24,000 bases of DNA from Ramlibacter tataouinensis (GCF_001580455.1 NZ_CP010951.1:1273585-1297584), one strand, 5' to 3'. Positions 8,359 to 16,702 are shown, numbered from the stretch's first letter. Translations and numbers: made by a program. The notes: generated from the sequence alone by a model not told the origin.

Positions 8359-8721
8359 TCAGGCCCGCCGCACTTCCATCACGCCGTGCTCGGTGGCCTG
8401 CTCGTAGGCCGATGCCTGGTGCGAAGCCAGGTGCAGCAGGATGCGCGGCGCCTGGGTCTTGATGACGCGGCGCAGCAGGATGCCTGCGGCCACCAGCAGC
8501 GCGCCGATCCACGGATAGCCGACCAGGGCCGCGGCAATGCCCGGGCCGATGATGGCGAGCGCCAGGGGCGTGGCGTGCGTGCGGTGAGCCACGAAGGGCG
8601 CCGCCAGCGCGGGATTGACGATGACGCGAAAGCGCCCGTGGGGCAGCCCGTTCCGGAATTCTTCGAAAGGGATGTATTCGGCAGTCTCCTGCACTGCGTT
8701 CTGGTCGTTCTGGCCGCTCAT
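8359..8721 (-). CDS. Small hypothetical membrane protein (120 aa, about 2 predicted TM helices)
   Basis: Strong GC3 bias. Hydrophobic stretch 'PLALAIIGPGIAAALVGYPWIGALLVAAGILL' flanked by charged residues. Co-directional, 72 nt downstream of the TAXI gene. No family recognised. Confidence 0.6.
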   Translation of the reverse strand: MSGQNDQNAVQETAEYIPFEEFRNGLPHGRFRVIVNPALAAPFVAHRTHATPLALAIIGPGIAAALVGYPWIGALLVAAGILLRRVIKTQAPRILLHLASHQASAYEQATEHGVMEVRRA

Positions 8722-8793
8722 GGCCGCATTCTGACATCGACGGCGGAGGCCTTCGGCGCTGCCCCTGACTCCACCGTCAGGTCGACGCGGATA

Positions 8794-10299
8794 TCAGCGC
8801 GGCGCGCTGGCAGCCGGCTGGGCTGTCGGCGCCAGCACCCGCGCGGCCGCCGTGTGCAAGGGCACCGTGAGGCCCTGGCGCGCCGTCGCGGCCGACACCT
8901 GCAGGCCTTGCGCGCTGCCGCGGGCGGCGAAGTCGCGCCCCTTGCGGAACACGAAGCTGGTGAGCGCGCCCACCTCGGCTTCGGACAGGTCCGCCCCCAC
9001 CAGCAACACGGCCGCGGTGGCCACGGTGTTCACGCCCGCGCCCTGCCTGGGATAGCTGCCGGCCGGGATGGCGTAGGCAAACAGGCCGGTGCGGCCAGCC
9101 GTCAGTTGCGCAATGGCGCTATCCGACAGCGGCAGCAGCTTGAGCGGCACGTTGGTCAGCGCGTCGCGCACGCTGTCGGCGGGAATGCCGATCACCTGCA
9201 GCACCGCATCCACTTCCTTGCGCCCCAGCGCCACCAGCGCGTCGGCCAGCCCGATCTCGCGCGCCTGGATGTCGCGCGGCGTCAGCCCATGCGCCTCCAG
9301 CACCCGCAGCACGGTGGTGCGCGAGGCGGCGCCGGGTTGCCCGATGGCGACGACCCGCCCGCGCAGGCTGGCCACCGCGGCCAAGCCGCTGTCGGCGCGC
9401 ACGATCACGTGCACCGCTTCCGGGTACAGGCTGCCGAGGGCGCGCAGCGCCGGTGCCGCACCGCGCGCCTGGAACGGGCCGGTGCCTTCGTAGGCGGCCA
9501 GCGCCGAGTCGGCCTGGGCCAGCGCGACCTGCACCTTGCCCTCGCGCAGCAGATCCAGGTTCTCCTCGCCACCGAAGGTCACCAGAGGCAGCGTGCGCGG
9601 TCCGCCGGGCTCGTCCAGGGCGCGCGCGAAGCGAAGGTACTGGCCATGTTCCGGGCCGGCGGCGATCGCATAGCCCGCGCTGGCGCGGGCCAGCCGCGCC
9701 CGGATGGATGCCTGCGCGGCGGTCAGTTCCTCCTCGATGATGGCCATCTGCGCCGGGGAGGTCTCCTTGGACACCGAATCGATCACCTTGCGCATCGCGT
9801 CCAGAATAGCGGCCGGACCGGTGGCGGTGTTGGTGGCATAGGCCGGCGCCTCCTTGGGCCGGAAGCCGGCGCCGGCCACCGCCACCCAATGGTCGGCCTC
9901 GCGCTTGTACAGCGCCGTGCCGTGCGCCCGCACGATGTCGCCTGCCTTGTTGCCGCCCGACTGCACGCCGCCCACCCCCTTGGGCCCCGCGCCCAAGGCC
10001 GAGACGAGGCCGGCCATGCCGGGGGCGTCCCAGGCGCCGAAGTCCATGTCCTTCTGCACGCGGAAGCTGGCGTCGTAGTAAACGATGCGGCGGCTCTCCC
10101 CCTCCGGCGCCTTCTGGTCGCGTTGCGAACCGCGCCGCTGCAAGTCCTGCAGCACCAGCGCCTCGCCGGGCAGCGCCTGCGCCACGCGCACCTCCACATC
10201 GCGCCGCAGGGCTTGCGTGTCGGGGCCGCCGCTGCAGCCGGCGAGCAGCATGAGCAGGCTCAACAGGAATCCAAGGTGGCGCATCTCAGGCTGCTTCAT
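8794..10299 (-). CDS. TAXI-family (TRAP-associated) solute-binding lipoprotein with an N-terminal extension of about 200 aa (501 aa)
   Basis: Lipobox signal 'LLSLLMLLAGC'. Residues ~205-480 match the TAXI/TIGR02122-type consensus by eye ('AAYEGTGPF', 'LRALGSLYPEAVHVIVRADSG', 'LRGRVVAIGQPGAASRTT', 'IPAGSYP...V.TVA'). GGAGG SD lies 5 nt upstream of ATG 10297-10299, embedded in the end of gltS. Confidence 0.85.
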   Translation of the reverse strand: MKQPEMRHLGFLLSLLMLLAGCSGGPDTQALRRDVEVRVAQALPGEALVLQDLQRRGSQRDQKAPEGESRRIVYYDASFRVQKDMDFGAWDAPGMAGLVSALGAGPKGVGGVQSGGNKAGDIVRAHGTALYKREADHWVAVAGAGFRPKEAPAYATNTATGPAAILDAMRKVIDSVSKETSPAQMAIIEEELTAAQASIRARLARASAGYAIAAGPEHGQYLRFARALDEPGGPRTLPLVTFGGEENLDLLREGKVQVALAQADSALAAYEGTGPFQARGAAPALRALGSLYPEAVHVIVRADSGLAAVASLRGRVVAIGQPGAASRTTVLRVLEAHGLTPRDIQAREIGLADALVALGRKEVDAVLQVIGIPADSVRDALTNVPLKLLPLSDSAIAQLTAGRTGLFAYAIPAGSYPRQGAGVNTVATAAVLLVGADLSEAEVGALTSFVFRKGRDFAARGSAQGLQVSAATARQGLTVPLHTAAARVLAPTAQPAASAPR

Positions 10300-10300
10300 C

Positions 10301-11491
10301 TCAGCCTCCCATGAAAGGCAGGGCCAGGATCAAAGTGAGCAGGAAGGCGTTCATCAGGTCGACGAAGAACGCTCCCGCCAGCGGGACGATCAGGTAGCTC
10401 TGCGGCGCCGGCCCGTAGCGCGCGGTAATGGCTTGCATGTTGGCCATGGCGGTGGCGGTCGATCCCATGCAGAAGCCGATGAAAGCCGAGCAGGTCACCG
10501 CGGCCTCGTAGTCGCGGCCCATGAAGCGGAAGCACACGAACACGGCGTACAGCGCGATGAACACCACCTGCAGCGCCAGGATCAGCAGCAGCGGACCCGC
10601 CGCCAGCACCACCTCGACCAGGTTCAGCGCCATCATGGTCATCACCAGGAACAGCGACAGGCACACGCCCGAGGTCAGGTCCGACGCCCGGTCGTCGAAG
10701 CGCAGGCGCAGGAAGGGGCCCAGGTTGCGGATGGCCACGCCCAGCAGCATGCACCACAGGAAGGCCGGGATGGTGATGGAGCCGCCGGAGAACCTGGCGG
10801 CCAGCCATTGGCCGGCGAGTACGGCCGCCAGCATGCCGGCCAGCGCGCCAATGACCCCCACGGTGGTGATCGCGCCGCGCTCGACGCGGTCGCCCTCGGC
10901 CACCGCCTCCTGCGCCGCCTCGGAGCGCAGGTGGTGGTGCGCGATCAGGTACTGCGCCACCGGACCGGCGATGATGCCGCCCAGGATCAGGCCCACGGTG
11001 GCCACCGTCATCGAGAGGTCCATCACCGATTGCAGGTTGTTGACGTCGGCGAAGCGCTCGGCATAGGCCGCGCCGGTGCCATGGCCGCCCACCAGGGTGA
11101 TCGAGCCCGACACCAGGCCGAAGATCGGGTGCAGGTCCAGCCCCCAGGAGCCGGCGATGCCCACCGCGTTCTGCACCAGGATGTAGGGAAACAGGATGAT
11201 CAGGAAGATCACGAGCGCCTTGCCGCCGCGCTTGAGCTGCCGCAGGTCCGCGCCCATGCCCACGCCGGCGAAGAACAGCAGCAGCAGCACCGGCTTGATG
11301 GTCTGGTCGATCTGCAGCCGGAAGCCGCTCGCCGTCGCCACGCCCGAGGCCAGCGCGGCGAACAGCAGTCCGCCGGTGATGGGGTCCGGGATGTTGTAGC
11401 GCGCCAGCAGGCCGATGCGCCGGTTCAACAAGGTCCCCACCAGCAGCACCACCAGCGCCGCCAGCAGCGATGTGAGCGAATCCAGTCGCAT
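10301..11491 (-). CDS. gltS: Sodium/glutamate symporter GltS (ESS family), 396 aa
   Basis: Collinear from memory with E. coli GltS: 'RYNIPDPITGGLL', 'GSITLVGGHGTGAAY', 'GPVAQYL', 'ANMQAITARYGP', 'VPLAGAFFVDLMNA'. Start set at ATG 11489-11491 ('MRLDSLTSLL'), where the first TM helix and the homology begin. Confidence 0.9.
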   Translation of the reverse strand: MRLDSLTSLLAALVVLLVGTLLNRRIGLLARYNIPDPITGGLLFAALASGVATASGFRLQIDQTIKPVLLLLFFAGVGMGADLRQLKRGGKALVIFLIILFPYILVQNAVGIAGSWGLDLHPIFGLVSGSITLVGGHGTGAAYAERFADVNNLQSVMDLSMTVATVGLILGGIIAGPVAQYLIAHHHLRSEAAQEAVAEGDRVERGAITTVGVIGALAGMLAAVLAGQWLAARFSGGSITIPAFLWCMLLGVAIRNLGPFLRLRFDDRASDLTSGVCLSLFLVMTMMALNLVEVVLAAGPLLLILALQVVFIALYAVFVCFRFMGRDYEAAVTCSAFIGFCMGSTATAMANMQAITARYGPAPQSYLIVPLAGAFFVDLMNAFLLTLILALPFMGG

Positions 11492-11620
11492 GGCGTTTTC
11501 CCCCGGCCCATTGCGGCCGAGTTCGATTCTGGACAGCAAGCCGCCGCCCCGGCAACTTGGACTTTGGGCGCATAAGCGCCTGCCGCCATGCACAATCGGT
11601 GGCCAGCAGGAGACGTTCAC

Positions 11621-12472
11621 ATGATCGAACTGCGCGCCGGCGCACTCAGGTGCCAGCTGCTCCCGCAGCTCGGGGGCTGCATCGCCGGTTTGTGGCTACA
11701 GGACCAGCCGGTGCTGCGTTCCATGCCGGTGGCTGAGCTGTCCTCGGCCCGCCAGTCCGGCTGCTATCCGCTGGTGCCCTACTCCAACCGGATCGGCCAT
11801 GCCAGGCTGGTGTGGCAGGGCACGTTGCATCCCCTGGTGCGCAACGACAGCGCCGAGCCGCACGCCATCCATGGCATTGGCTGGCAGCGTCCCTGGTCGG
11901 TGCTGGAGCAGGACGAAGCTTCGATCATGCTGGCCTGCGAGCACCGGCCGGACCCCACCTGGCCCTTCGGCTTCGACTGCTCGCACATGCTGCGCCTCAC
12001 CCCTGCCGGGCTGGAGATGACGCTGGCGGCGACCAACCAGTCGGCGCAGCCGGCGCCCATGGGGCTGGGCTGGCATCCCAATTTCGTGAAACGCCCGGGC
12101 GCCCGCATCGCCTTCCATGCGACCGGCCGCTGGGAGATGGGCACGGACATGTTGCCCACCCGGCGCGAGCCCGCCGGCGGGCTGGATCAGCCCTGCGAGA
12201 CGCTGGCGGTGGACCACTGCTTCGATGGCTGGGATGGCCAGGCCAAGCTTACCGATCCGGTGATGCGCGTGACCGTGCAGTCGGAGCTCACCCGGGCGGT
12301 GGTGTTCTGCTCGCCGGTGCGCGACTACCTCGCCATCGAGCCGGTCACCCACGTCAACAATGCCTTGCAGCTCCATGCCGCCGGCCTGCCCGCCAGCGAG
12401 CTGGGCGTGGTGGTGCTGCCGCCGGGCGAATCGATGCTGGCGCAGATGCGCATCCTGGTGGAGCCGGCATGA
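11621..12472 (+). CDS. Aldose 1-epimerase family protein (283 aa)
   Basis: Mutarotase-family pattern: 'YPLVPYSNRI', 'HGIGW', 'GWHPNF', 'AIEPVTH'. Start at ATG 11621, with AGGAG at 11608-11612. Confidence 0.8.
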   Translation: MIELRAGALRCQLLPQLGGCIAGLWLQDQPVLRSMPVAELSSARQSGCYPLVPYSNRIGHARLVWQGTLHPLVRNDSAEPHAIHGIGWQRPWSVLEQDEASIMLACEHRPDPTWPFGFDCSHMLRLTPAGLEMTLAATNQSAQPAPMGLGWHPNFVKRPGARIAFHATGRWEMGTDMLPTRREPAGGLDQPCETLAVDHCFDGWDGQAKLTDPVMRVTVQSELTRAVVFCSPVRDYLAIEPVTHVNNALQLHAAGLPASELGVVVLPPGESMLAQMRILVEPA

Positions 12473-12532
12473 CGCCGTACCGCTGAAGCACGCTGCCGGT
12501 CCATCGGATGCCAATGGCCTTGGCTGACGGAG

Positions 12533-13159
12533 TTACCTGGGACCGGCGGGCTCGCCACGGGCGCCGGCGAGTTCGTTGACCAGCACCAGTGCCCGTTCGC
12601 TGCCACCCGGGCTGAGCACGCCGGATTCAATCTTCTGCCGCATGGCAAGTTCCATGACGCGGGCGACCCCGAGCAGCAGGCTGCGACCCGATGCCAGCCA
12701 CTGGCTTGACGCAGGTGCGCTGGACGAGTCTGCGCCCGGGCCTTGCACGGCGACGTTCGCCAGCGCACGCTTGGTGATCTGCACCGACCAGAATTGCACG
12801 TCCAGGTATTCGTTCTCGTACTCGACGGGCCATTGGTCGAAGGCTTTCAGGTACCGGCTCGCCATGGGCCTCATCTGCACGCCCAGGTCGGGCACGGAGT
12901 CGCCCCGGAGGATGGCGGCCACCATGTCGTCCAGCACCTGCGCCGCGCGCGACGGATCGAGCAAGCGCTGCAGCCGCGCCCCGGCCTCGCCGTCGACATA
13001 GCGGACCGGCTTGTCGGCATGAAGCACCTGCTGGCTTTCGTGCAGTTGCAGCTCGGCGGCGAACTGGCGCACCGCATCCTGGGCGCTGGCCGCGAACGGC
13101 ATGGCCAGAAGCCAGGCCGCAGCCAACCAGCAGCGGGCCCACCTCGGTCCACCGAACAC
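12533..13159 (-). CDS. Secreted hypothetical protein (about 208 aa), Sec-type signal peptide
   Basis: The ORF has good GC3 bias and an N-terminal signal 'RWARCWLAAAWLLAMPFAASA/QD'. The start is uncertain. The tracked ATG (13279) would overlap the glutaredoxin gene by 62 nt, and there is no other in-frame ATG before the signal peptide. I therefore propose GTG at 13157-13159. No family recognised. Confidence 0.5.
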   Translation of the reverse strand: MFGGPRWARCWLAAAWLLAMPFAASAQDAVRQFAAELQLHESQQVLHADKPVRYVDGEAGARLQRLLDPSRAAQVLDDMVAAILRGDSVPDLGVQMRPMASRYLKAFDQWPVEYENEYLDVQFWSVQITKRALANVAVQGPGADSSSAPASSQWLASGRSLLLGVARVMELAMRQKIESGVLSPGGSERALVLVNELAGARGEPAGPR

Positions 13160-13217
13160 CGGGATGAGCGCGATCGTTCCCCGACAGCGCGCCAACCGGT
13201 CGATCGGGGCTCCCAGG

Positions 13218-13460
13218 CTAGCCACCCAGCTGGGAAAGCGCCGCCTGCAGGCCGGCCAGGCCTCCCACGCGCTGGTCATTGATGAAGATCTGGGGCATCT
13301 GGCGAACCGAAGGCCCGCACTTGGCGTAGAAAGCCAGCCGCTCCGCCTCGTCGTCGATCTTGATTTCCTCGAACGCCAGGGCGCGGGATTTGAGAATCAT
13401 CTTGGCCGAGTCACACTGAGGACAGGCCGATTTGGAATAGACGACGATCTTCAGTTGCAT
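13218..13460 (-). CDS. Glutaredoxin-family protein (80 aa), CPQC active site
   Basis: 'VVYSKSACPQCDSAK' active-site motif and 'MPQIFINDQRVGG' glutaredoxin fold signature. Start at ATG 13458-13460 ('MQLKIVVY'). Confidence 0.8.
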   Translation of the reverse strand: MQLKIVVYSKSACPQCDSAKMILKSRALAFEEIKIDDEAERLAFYAKCGPSVRQMPQIFINDQRVGGLAGLQAALSQLGG

Positions 13461-13526
13461 GGCGCCAGTGTAGCTCTGCCATGTCGGGAATCGAGGCACG
13501 GTGCGGACGTCCTCGGCGGCGCGCGC

Positions 13527-14507
13527 TTAGCGGCGCGAGGCGGCCGCCCGGCCACCGGCCTTGGCTCGCGCCGGCACGGATGCTTCGATGATGTCCAGCA
13601 GCCAAGCGACGCCCAAATCCATCATCGCCTGTTCCGGCACGACCGCATGCAGCCGGTATCGCGGCAGCGGCACGGGCGACTCGATGCTCACCACGCCAAG
13701 CCTTGCCGCATGGACTTCGGCAAAACGCCTCGGCACCACGCACGCCAGGTCGCTGTCGGCCACGGCCATGAGCGCAAAAGTGAAGTCCGGGACGGTCATC
13801 GCGATGCGCCTGGCCCGGCCATGGCTGGCGAGAACGTCGTCGACGAAGCCATGGGGGTCGCCACTCTGGGAAACGACCAGGTGCTGCATCGCGCAGTAGC
13901 GGTCCAGCGTGAACCTGCGCGCATGCGGGTGCCCCGCGCGCAGCGCCACCACGAAGTCCTCGCGGTACAGGAGCCGTTTGTGGAATCGGGGCGGCACGCG
14001 GTCCGAGGGCACGATCGCCACGTCCAGCGCCCGGGTCTCGAGCTCGGCGAAGGCAAGGCCCCACGCGGCATCGGCGGATGCCCCGGGCATGGGCAGGAGC
14101 TGCCGCAGGCCGATGCCGATGCCCGGCGCTGACTGGCGCAGGCGCTCCAGCAAGGACGGCACGAGAACGGCCGAGGCGCCATCGGGCGCGCCGATCGTGA
14201 AGCGGCGCGTGGAGCTCCCCGGCTGGAAGGGCTCGGCCGACGCGATGAGGCTCCTGGCGCGCGCGAGCACGTCCCCGACCGCCGCGGCCAACTCCAGGGC
14301 GCGCGCAGTGGGAACCACGCCCTTGGGGGTCTTCAGGAACAAGGGATCGCCCAGCAGCCGTCGCAGCCGGCCCAGGCCATGGCTGACCGCCGAAGGCGTC
14401 AGGTTCATCCGGCGGGCCGCCCGCCCGACATGACGCTCCTCCAGCACGACCTCGAACAGCACGAGCAGGTTCAGGTCGGTGCGCGAGAGATGAACCGGAT
14501 TCATCAC
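13527..14507 (-). CDS. LysR-family transcriptional regulator (326 aa)
   Basis: N-terminal wHTH 'DLNLLVLFEVVLEERHVGRAARRMNLTPSAVSHGLGRLRRLLGDPLF' followed by a LysR substrate-binding domain. Divergent from the NTF2-like gene. Confidence 0.9.
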   Translation of the reverse strand: MMNPVHLSRTDLNLLVLFEVVLEERHVGRAARRMNLTPSAVSHGLGRLRRLLGDPLFLKTPKGVVPTARALELAAAVGDVLARARSLIASAEPFQPGSSTRRFTIGAPDGASAVLVPSLLERLRQSAPGIGIGLRQLLPMPGASADAAWGLAFAELETRALDVAIVPSDRVPPRFHKRLLYREDFVVALRAGHPHARRFTLDRYCAMQHLVVSQSGDPHGFVDDVLASHGRARRIAMTVPDFTFALMAVADSDLACVVPRRFAEVHAARLGVVSIESPVPLPRYRLHAVVPEQAMMDLGVAWLLDIIEASVPARAKAGGRAAASRR

Positions 14508-14605
14508 CTTCCTGAAATCATATCGCTGGACTCAGTAGGTCCCGGCGCCCATCCTTCGCCGGCCTTGGCATCCCTTGCCCTTGCTTCCGATTCACTGGAG
14601 AGACC

Positions 14606-15118
14606 ATGTCAACTGCTAGACCTTCCATGATGGCGTCCACTGCCGCTGGCTATGCGGCGGCTACAGCTGGCTTGCCGGCGAACGGCGATGTCGCCGAGCT
14701 GCTGCAGCTTTCCGAGGAGTCCAATGCGGCCCTGCTGCGCGGCGATGCCGATCGCTATTTCGCGCTGGCGCCGTTGGCGGATGACTTCACCCTGATGTCG
14801 CCTTTCGGCGGCAAGCCATCACGCGCCAAGCAGGTTGCTGAGGCGCGGCAATCGCTGCGGCAGTTCTTCAAGGACGGGACCCTGTCGGTGGAGCTGGTCC
14901 AGGCGTACAGCGCGAAGGACCTGGTGGTGCTCGCGCTGATCGAATGGGTGCGCTGCGCTGTCGGCGGACTGCCCGCGCAAGACTGGCAACTGCGCGTCAC
15001 GCTGGTGTACCGGCGCGAGCACTTTGCATGGCGGCTGGCGCACCGCCACGCCGACGCGCTCGGGCCCGGCATCACCCTGGAGCACGCGGCCGCAATCGCC
15101 CGGGGCGAGTACGCCTGA
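14606..15118 (+). CDS. NTF2/SnoaL-like (DUF4440-type) protein, 170 aa
   Basis: Size and pattern of the NTF2-like fold: 'NAALLRGDADRYFALA.DDFTLMSPFGG', then a C-terminal 'W.LRVTLVYRRE...WRLAHRHAD'. The start could instead be one of the downstream in-frame ATGs ('MMAST'). Confidence 0.6.
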   Translation: MSTARPSMMASTAAGYAAATAGLPANGDVAELLQLSEESNAALLRGDADRYFALAPLADDFTLMSPFGGKPSRAKQVAEARQSLRQFFKDGTLSVELVQAYSAKDLVVLALIEWVRCAVGGLPAQDWQLRVTLVYRREHFAWRLAHRHADALGPGITLEHAAAIARGEYA

Positions 15119-15393
15119 CAAGAAGCCGGTGGCGCGGTGCGGGGCCTGCTTGCAACTCCCAACGGACGCGGGCCGGGCGCTACTCCGGCGAACGGTTGTT
15201 AGGCCGCCCTTATCCGCGGTGCGCACGCAGGTCCTTGAGCCCTGCGCTTGTTCGGAGTGGCTTGCGCCGCCGTCGGCTTCGGTGCGTGTCTGGCTTTCCA
15301 CGCCGCCGCGTCCGAAGCCCATTGTGCGACCGCCCGGGCCGGAAGCAGACCCCTGGCTCCCGAGCGGCCCGGGTCTGTGGCACGCTTGCGGAA

Positions 15394-16299
15394 ATGAACA
15401 CGCTGCATCCGCTCAAGCACGTCGAGGCCGGCGTGCTCGCCGTCGCCTTTCACGAAGCCGGGCCGCCGGACGGGCCACCCGTGTTCCTGATGCACGGCTT
15501 CCCCTACGACATCCACGCCTATGCCGAGGTCGTGCCGCAACTGGCCGCGTCGGGCTGCCGGGTGCTCGTTCCCTACCTGCGCGGCTATGGTTCCACGCGC
15601 TTCCTGCGCACGGACACCCCGCGCTCGGGCGAGCAGGCGGCACTCGGCGCGGACCTGCTGGCGCTGATGGATGCGCTGGCCATTCGGCGCGCCGTGCTGG
15701 CCGGCTACGACTGGGGCGGCCGCGCCTGCTGCGTCGTCGCCGCGCTCTGGCCGCAGCGCTGCCGCGGCCTGGTTTCGCTCAACAGCTACAACATCTTCGA
15801 TCACGCACGCGCGCTGGAGCCGGACACGCCGGAGAACGAGCGCAAGCTCTGGTACCAGTACTACTTCCATTCGGAACGCGGACGCGAGGGCCTGCGCCGC
15901 GACCGGCGCGGCATCGCTCGCCTGCTCTGGCGCACCTGGTCGCCCTGCTGGAACTTCGACGAGGCGACCTTCGAGCGCTCGGCCGCGGCCTTCGACAACC
16001 CCGACTTCGTCGACGTGGTGATCCACTCGTACCGCCACCGCTATCGGCTGGTCGATGGCGATCCGGCCTATGCCGCGATCGAGCAGGCGCTCGCGGCCCA
16101 GCCACCCATCACGGTGCCCGCGATCACCTTCGATGGCGCGGACGACGGCGTGCGGCCGGCCTCGCCCGCATCGGCACATGCCGGTCGCTTCACCGGCAGC
16201 CGCGAGCACCGCGTCCTGCCGAAGGTGGGCCACAACCTGCCCCAGGAGGCGCCCGTGGCTTTCGCGGAAGCGGTGCTGCAGCTGGTGCGCGCGGCCTGA
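15394..16299 (+). CDS. Alpha/beta hydrolase, epoxide-hydrolase/dehalogenase-like subclass with Asp nucleophile (301 aa)
   Basis: Oxyanion 'HGFP' motif. Nucleophile elbow 'GYDWGG'. Cap region 'YQYYF'. C-terminal 'GHNLPQEAP' holds the catalytic His. Start at ATG 15394 ('MNTLHPL'), about 30 aa before HGFP as usual for the family. The upstream 150 codons of the tracked ORF look non-coding. Confidence 0.85.
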   Translation: MNTLHPLKHVEAGVLAVAFHEAGPPDGPPVFLMHGFPYDIHAYAEVVPQLAASGCRVLVPYLRGYGSTRFLRTDTPRSGEQAALGADLLALMDALAIRRAVLAGYDWGGRACCVVAALWPQRCRGLVSLNSYNIFDHARALEPDTPENERKLWYQYYFHSERGREGLRRDRRGIARLLWRTWSPCWNFDEATFERSAAAFDNPDFVDVVIHSYRHRYRLVDGDPAYAAIEQALAAQPPITVPAITFDGADDGVRPASPASAHAGRFTGSREHRVLPKVGHNLPQEAPVAFAEAVLQLVRAA

Positions 16300-16327
16300 G
16301 AGACCCCTGCCCGACCTACACTCGCGC

Positions 16328-16693
16328 ATGGCCGCCAAGGATGCGTTCGCACTCTACTGCGCCGAGCTGCTCTCGGCCGTCGGGCCGGCGCGCGTCAAGC
16401 GCATGTTCGGCGGCCACGGCCTGTACGTCGACGAGCTCTTCATCGCGATCGTCACCGGCGACGCGCTCTTCCTGAAGGCAGATCCAACCACGGAGCCTGC
16501 GTTCGCGGCGGCCGGCTGCCGCATGTTCGAGTACGAGGCGCGTGGCAAGACCATGAGGCTGCACTACTGGTCGGTGCCGGCCGAGGCGATGGACTCCCCG
16601 GCCCTGATGGCACCCTGGGCCCAGCGCGCCGTGGAGGCGGCACTCCGGGCGCGGGCCCCGGTGCGGCGAGGAAAGCGCACGCTGAAAATCTGA
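16328..16693 (+). CDS. TfoX/Sxy N-terminal-domain-only protein (121 aa)
   Basis: 'RMFGGHGLYVDELFIAIVTGDALFLKAD' is the typical TfoX_N core. Start at ATG 16328, 28 nt after the hydrolase stop. Confidence 0.7.
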   Translation: MAAKDAFALYCAELLSAVGPARVKRMFGGHGLYVDELFIAIVTGDALFLKADPTTEPAFAAAGCRMFEYEARGKTMRLHYWSVPAEAMDSPALMAPWAQRAVEAALRARAPVRRGKRTLKI

Positions 16694-16702
16694 CGCCAGC
16701 AG

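Noticed and set aside
8293-10314. 673-aa + strand ORF antisense to the TAXI and small membrane protein genes
   Set aside because: The translation is low-complexity and Arg/Gly/Ala/Gln-rich. It spans two well-supported genes on the other strand, so it is an artefact.
10085-11645. 496-aa (+) and 449-aa (-, alternative frame) ORFs overlapping gltS
   Set aside because: Only the 10301-11491 minus-strand frame gives a polytopic membrane protein collinear with GltS. The others are Arg/His/Gln/Gly-rich shadows.
13160-13279. Upstream ATG (13279) as the start of the secreted hypothetical protein
   Set aside because: It would overlap the glutaredoxin gene by 62 nt and add about 40 Arg/Trp/Cys-rich residues ahead of a normal signal peptide. 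I preferred the in-frame GTG at 13159, with low certainty.
14567-14590. Sigma-54-like TGGCAT...TTGC strings upstream of the NTF2-like gene, with similar TGGCAC strings at about 15377 and about 20364
   Set aside because: GG-to-GC spacing does not fit the -24/-12 consensus (10 or 16 nt here, 9 nt at 15377, versus 12 nt expected). The 20364 site lies inside a coding region.
14944-16475. Extended ORFs (451 and 483 aa) that would lengthen or overlap the alpha/beta hydrolase
   Set aside because: Homology-like sequence begins only at MNTLH (15394), about 30 aa before the HGFP motif as is normal for the family. The upstream part and the alternative frame are Arg/Pro-rich non-coding-like sequence.
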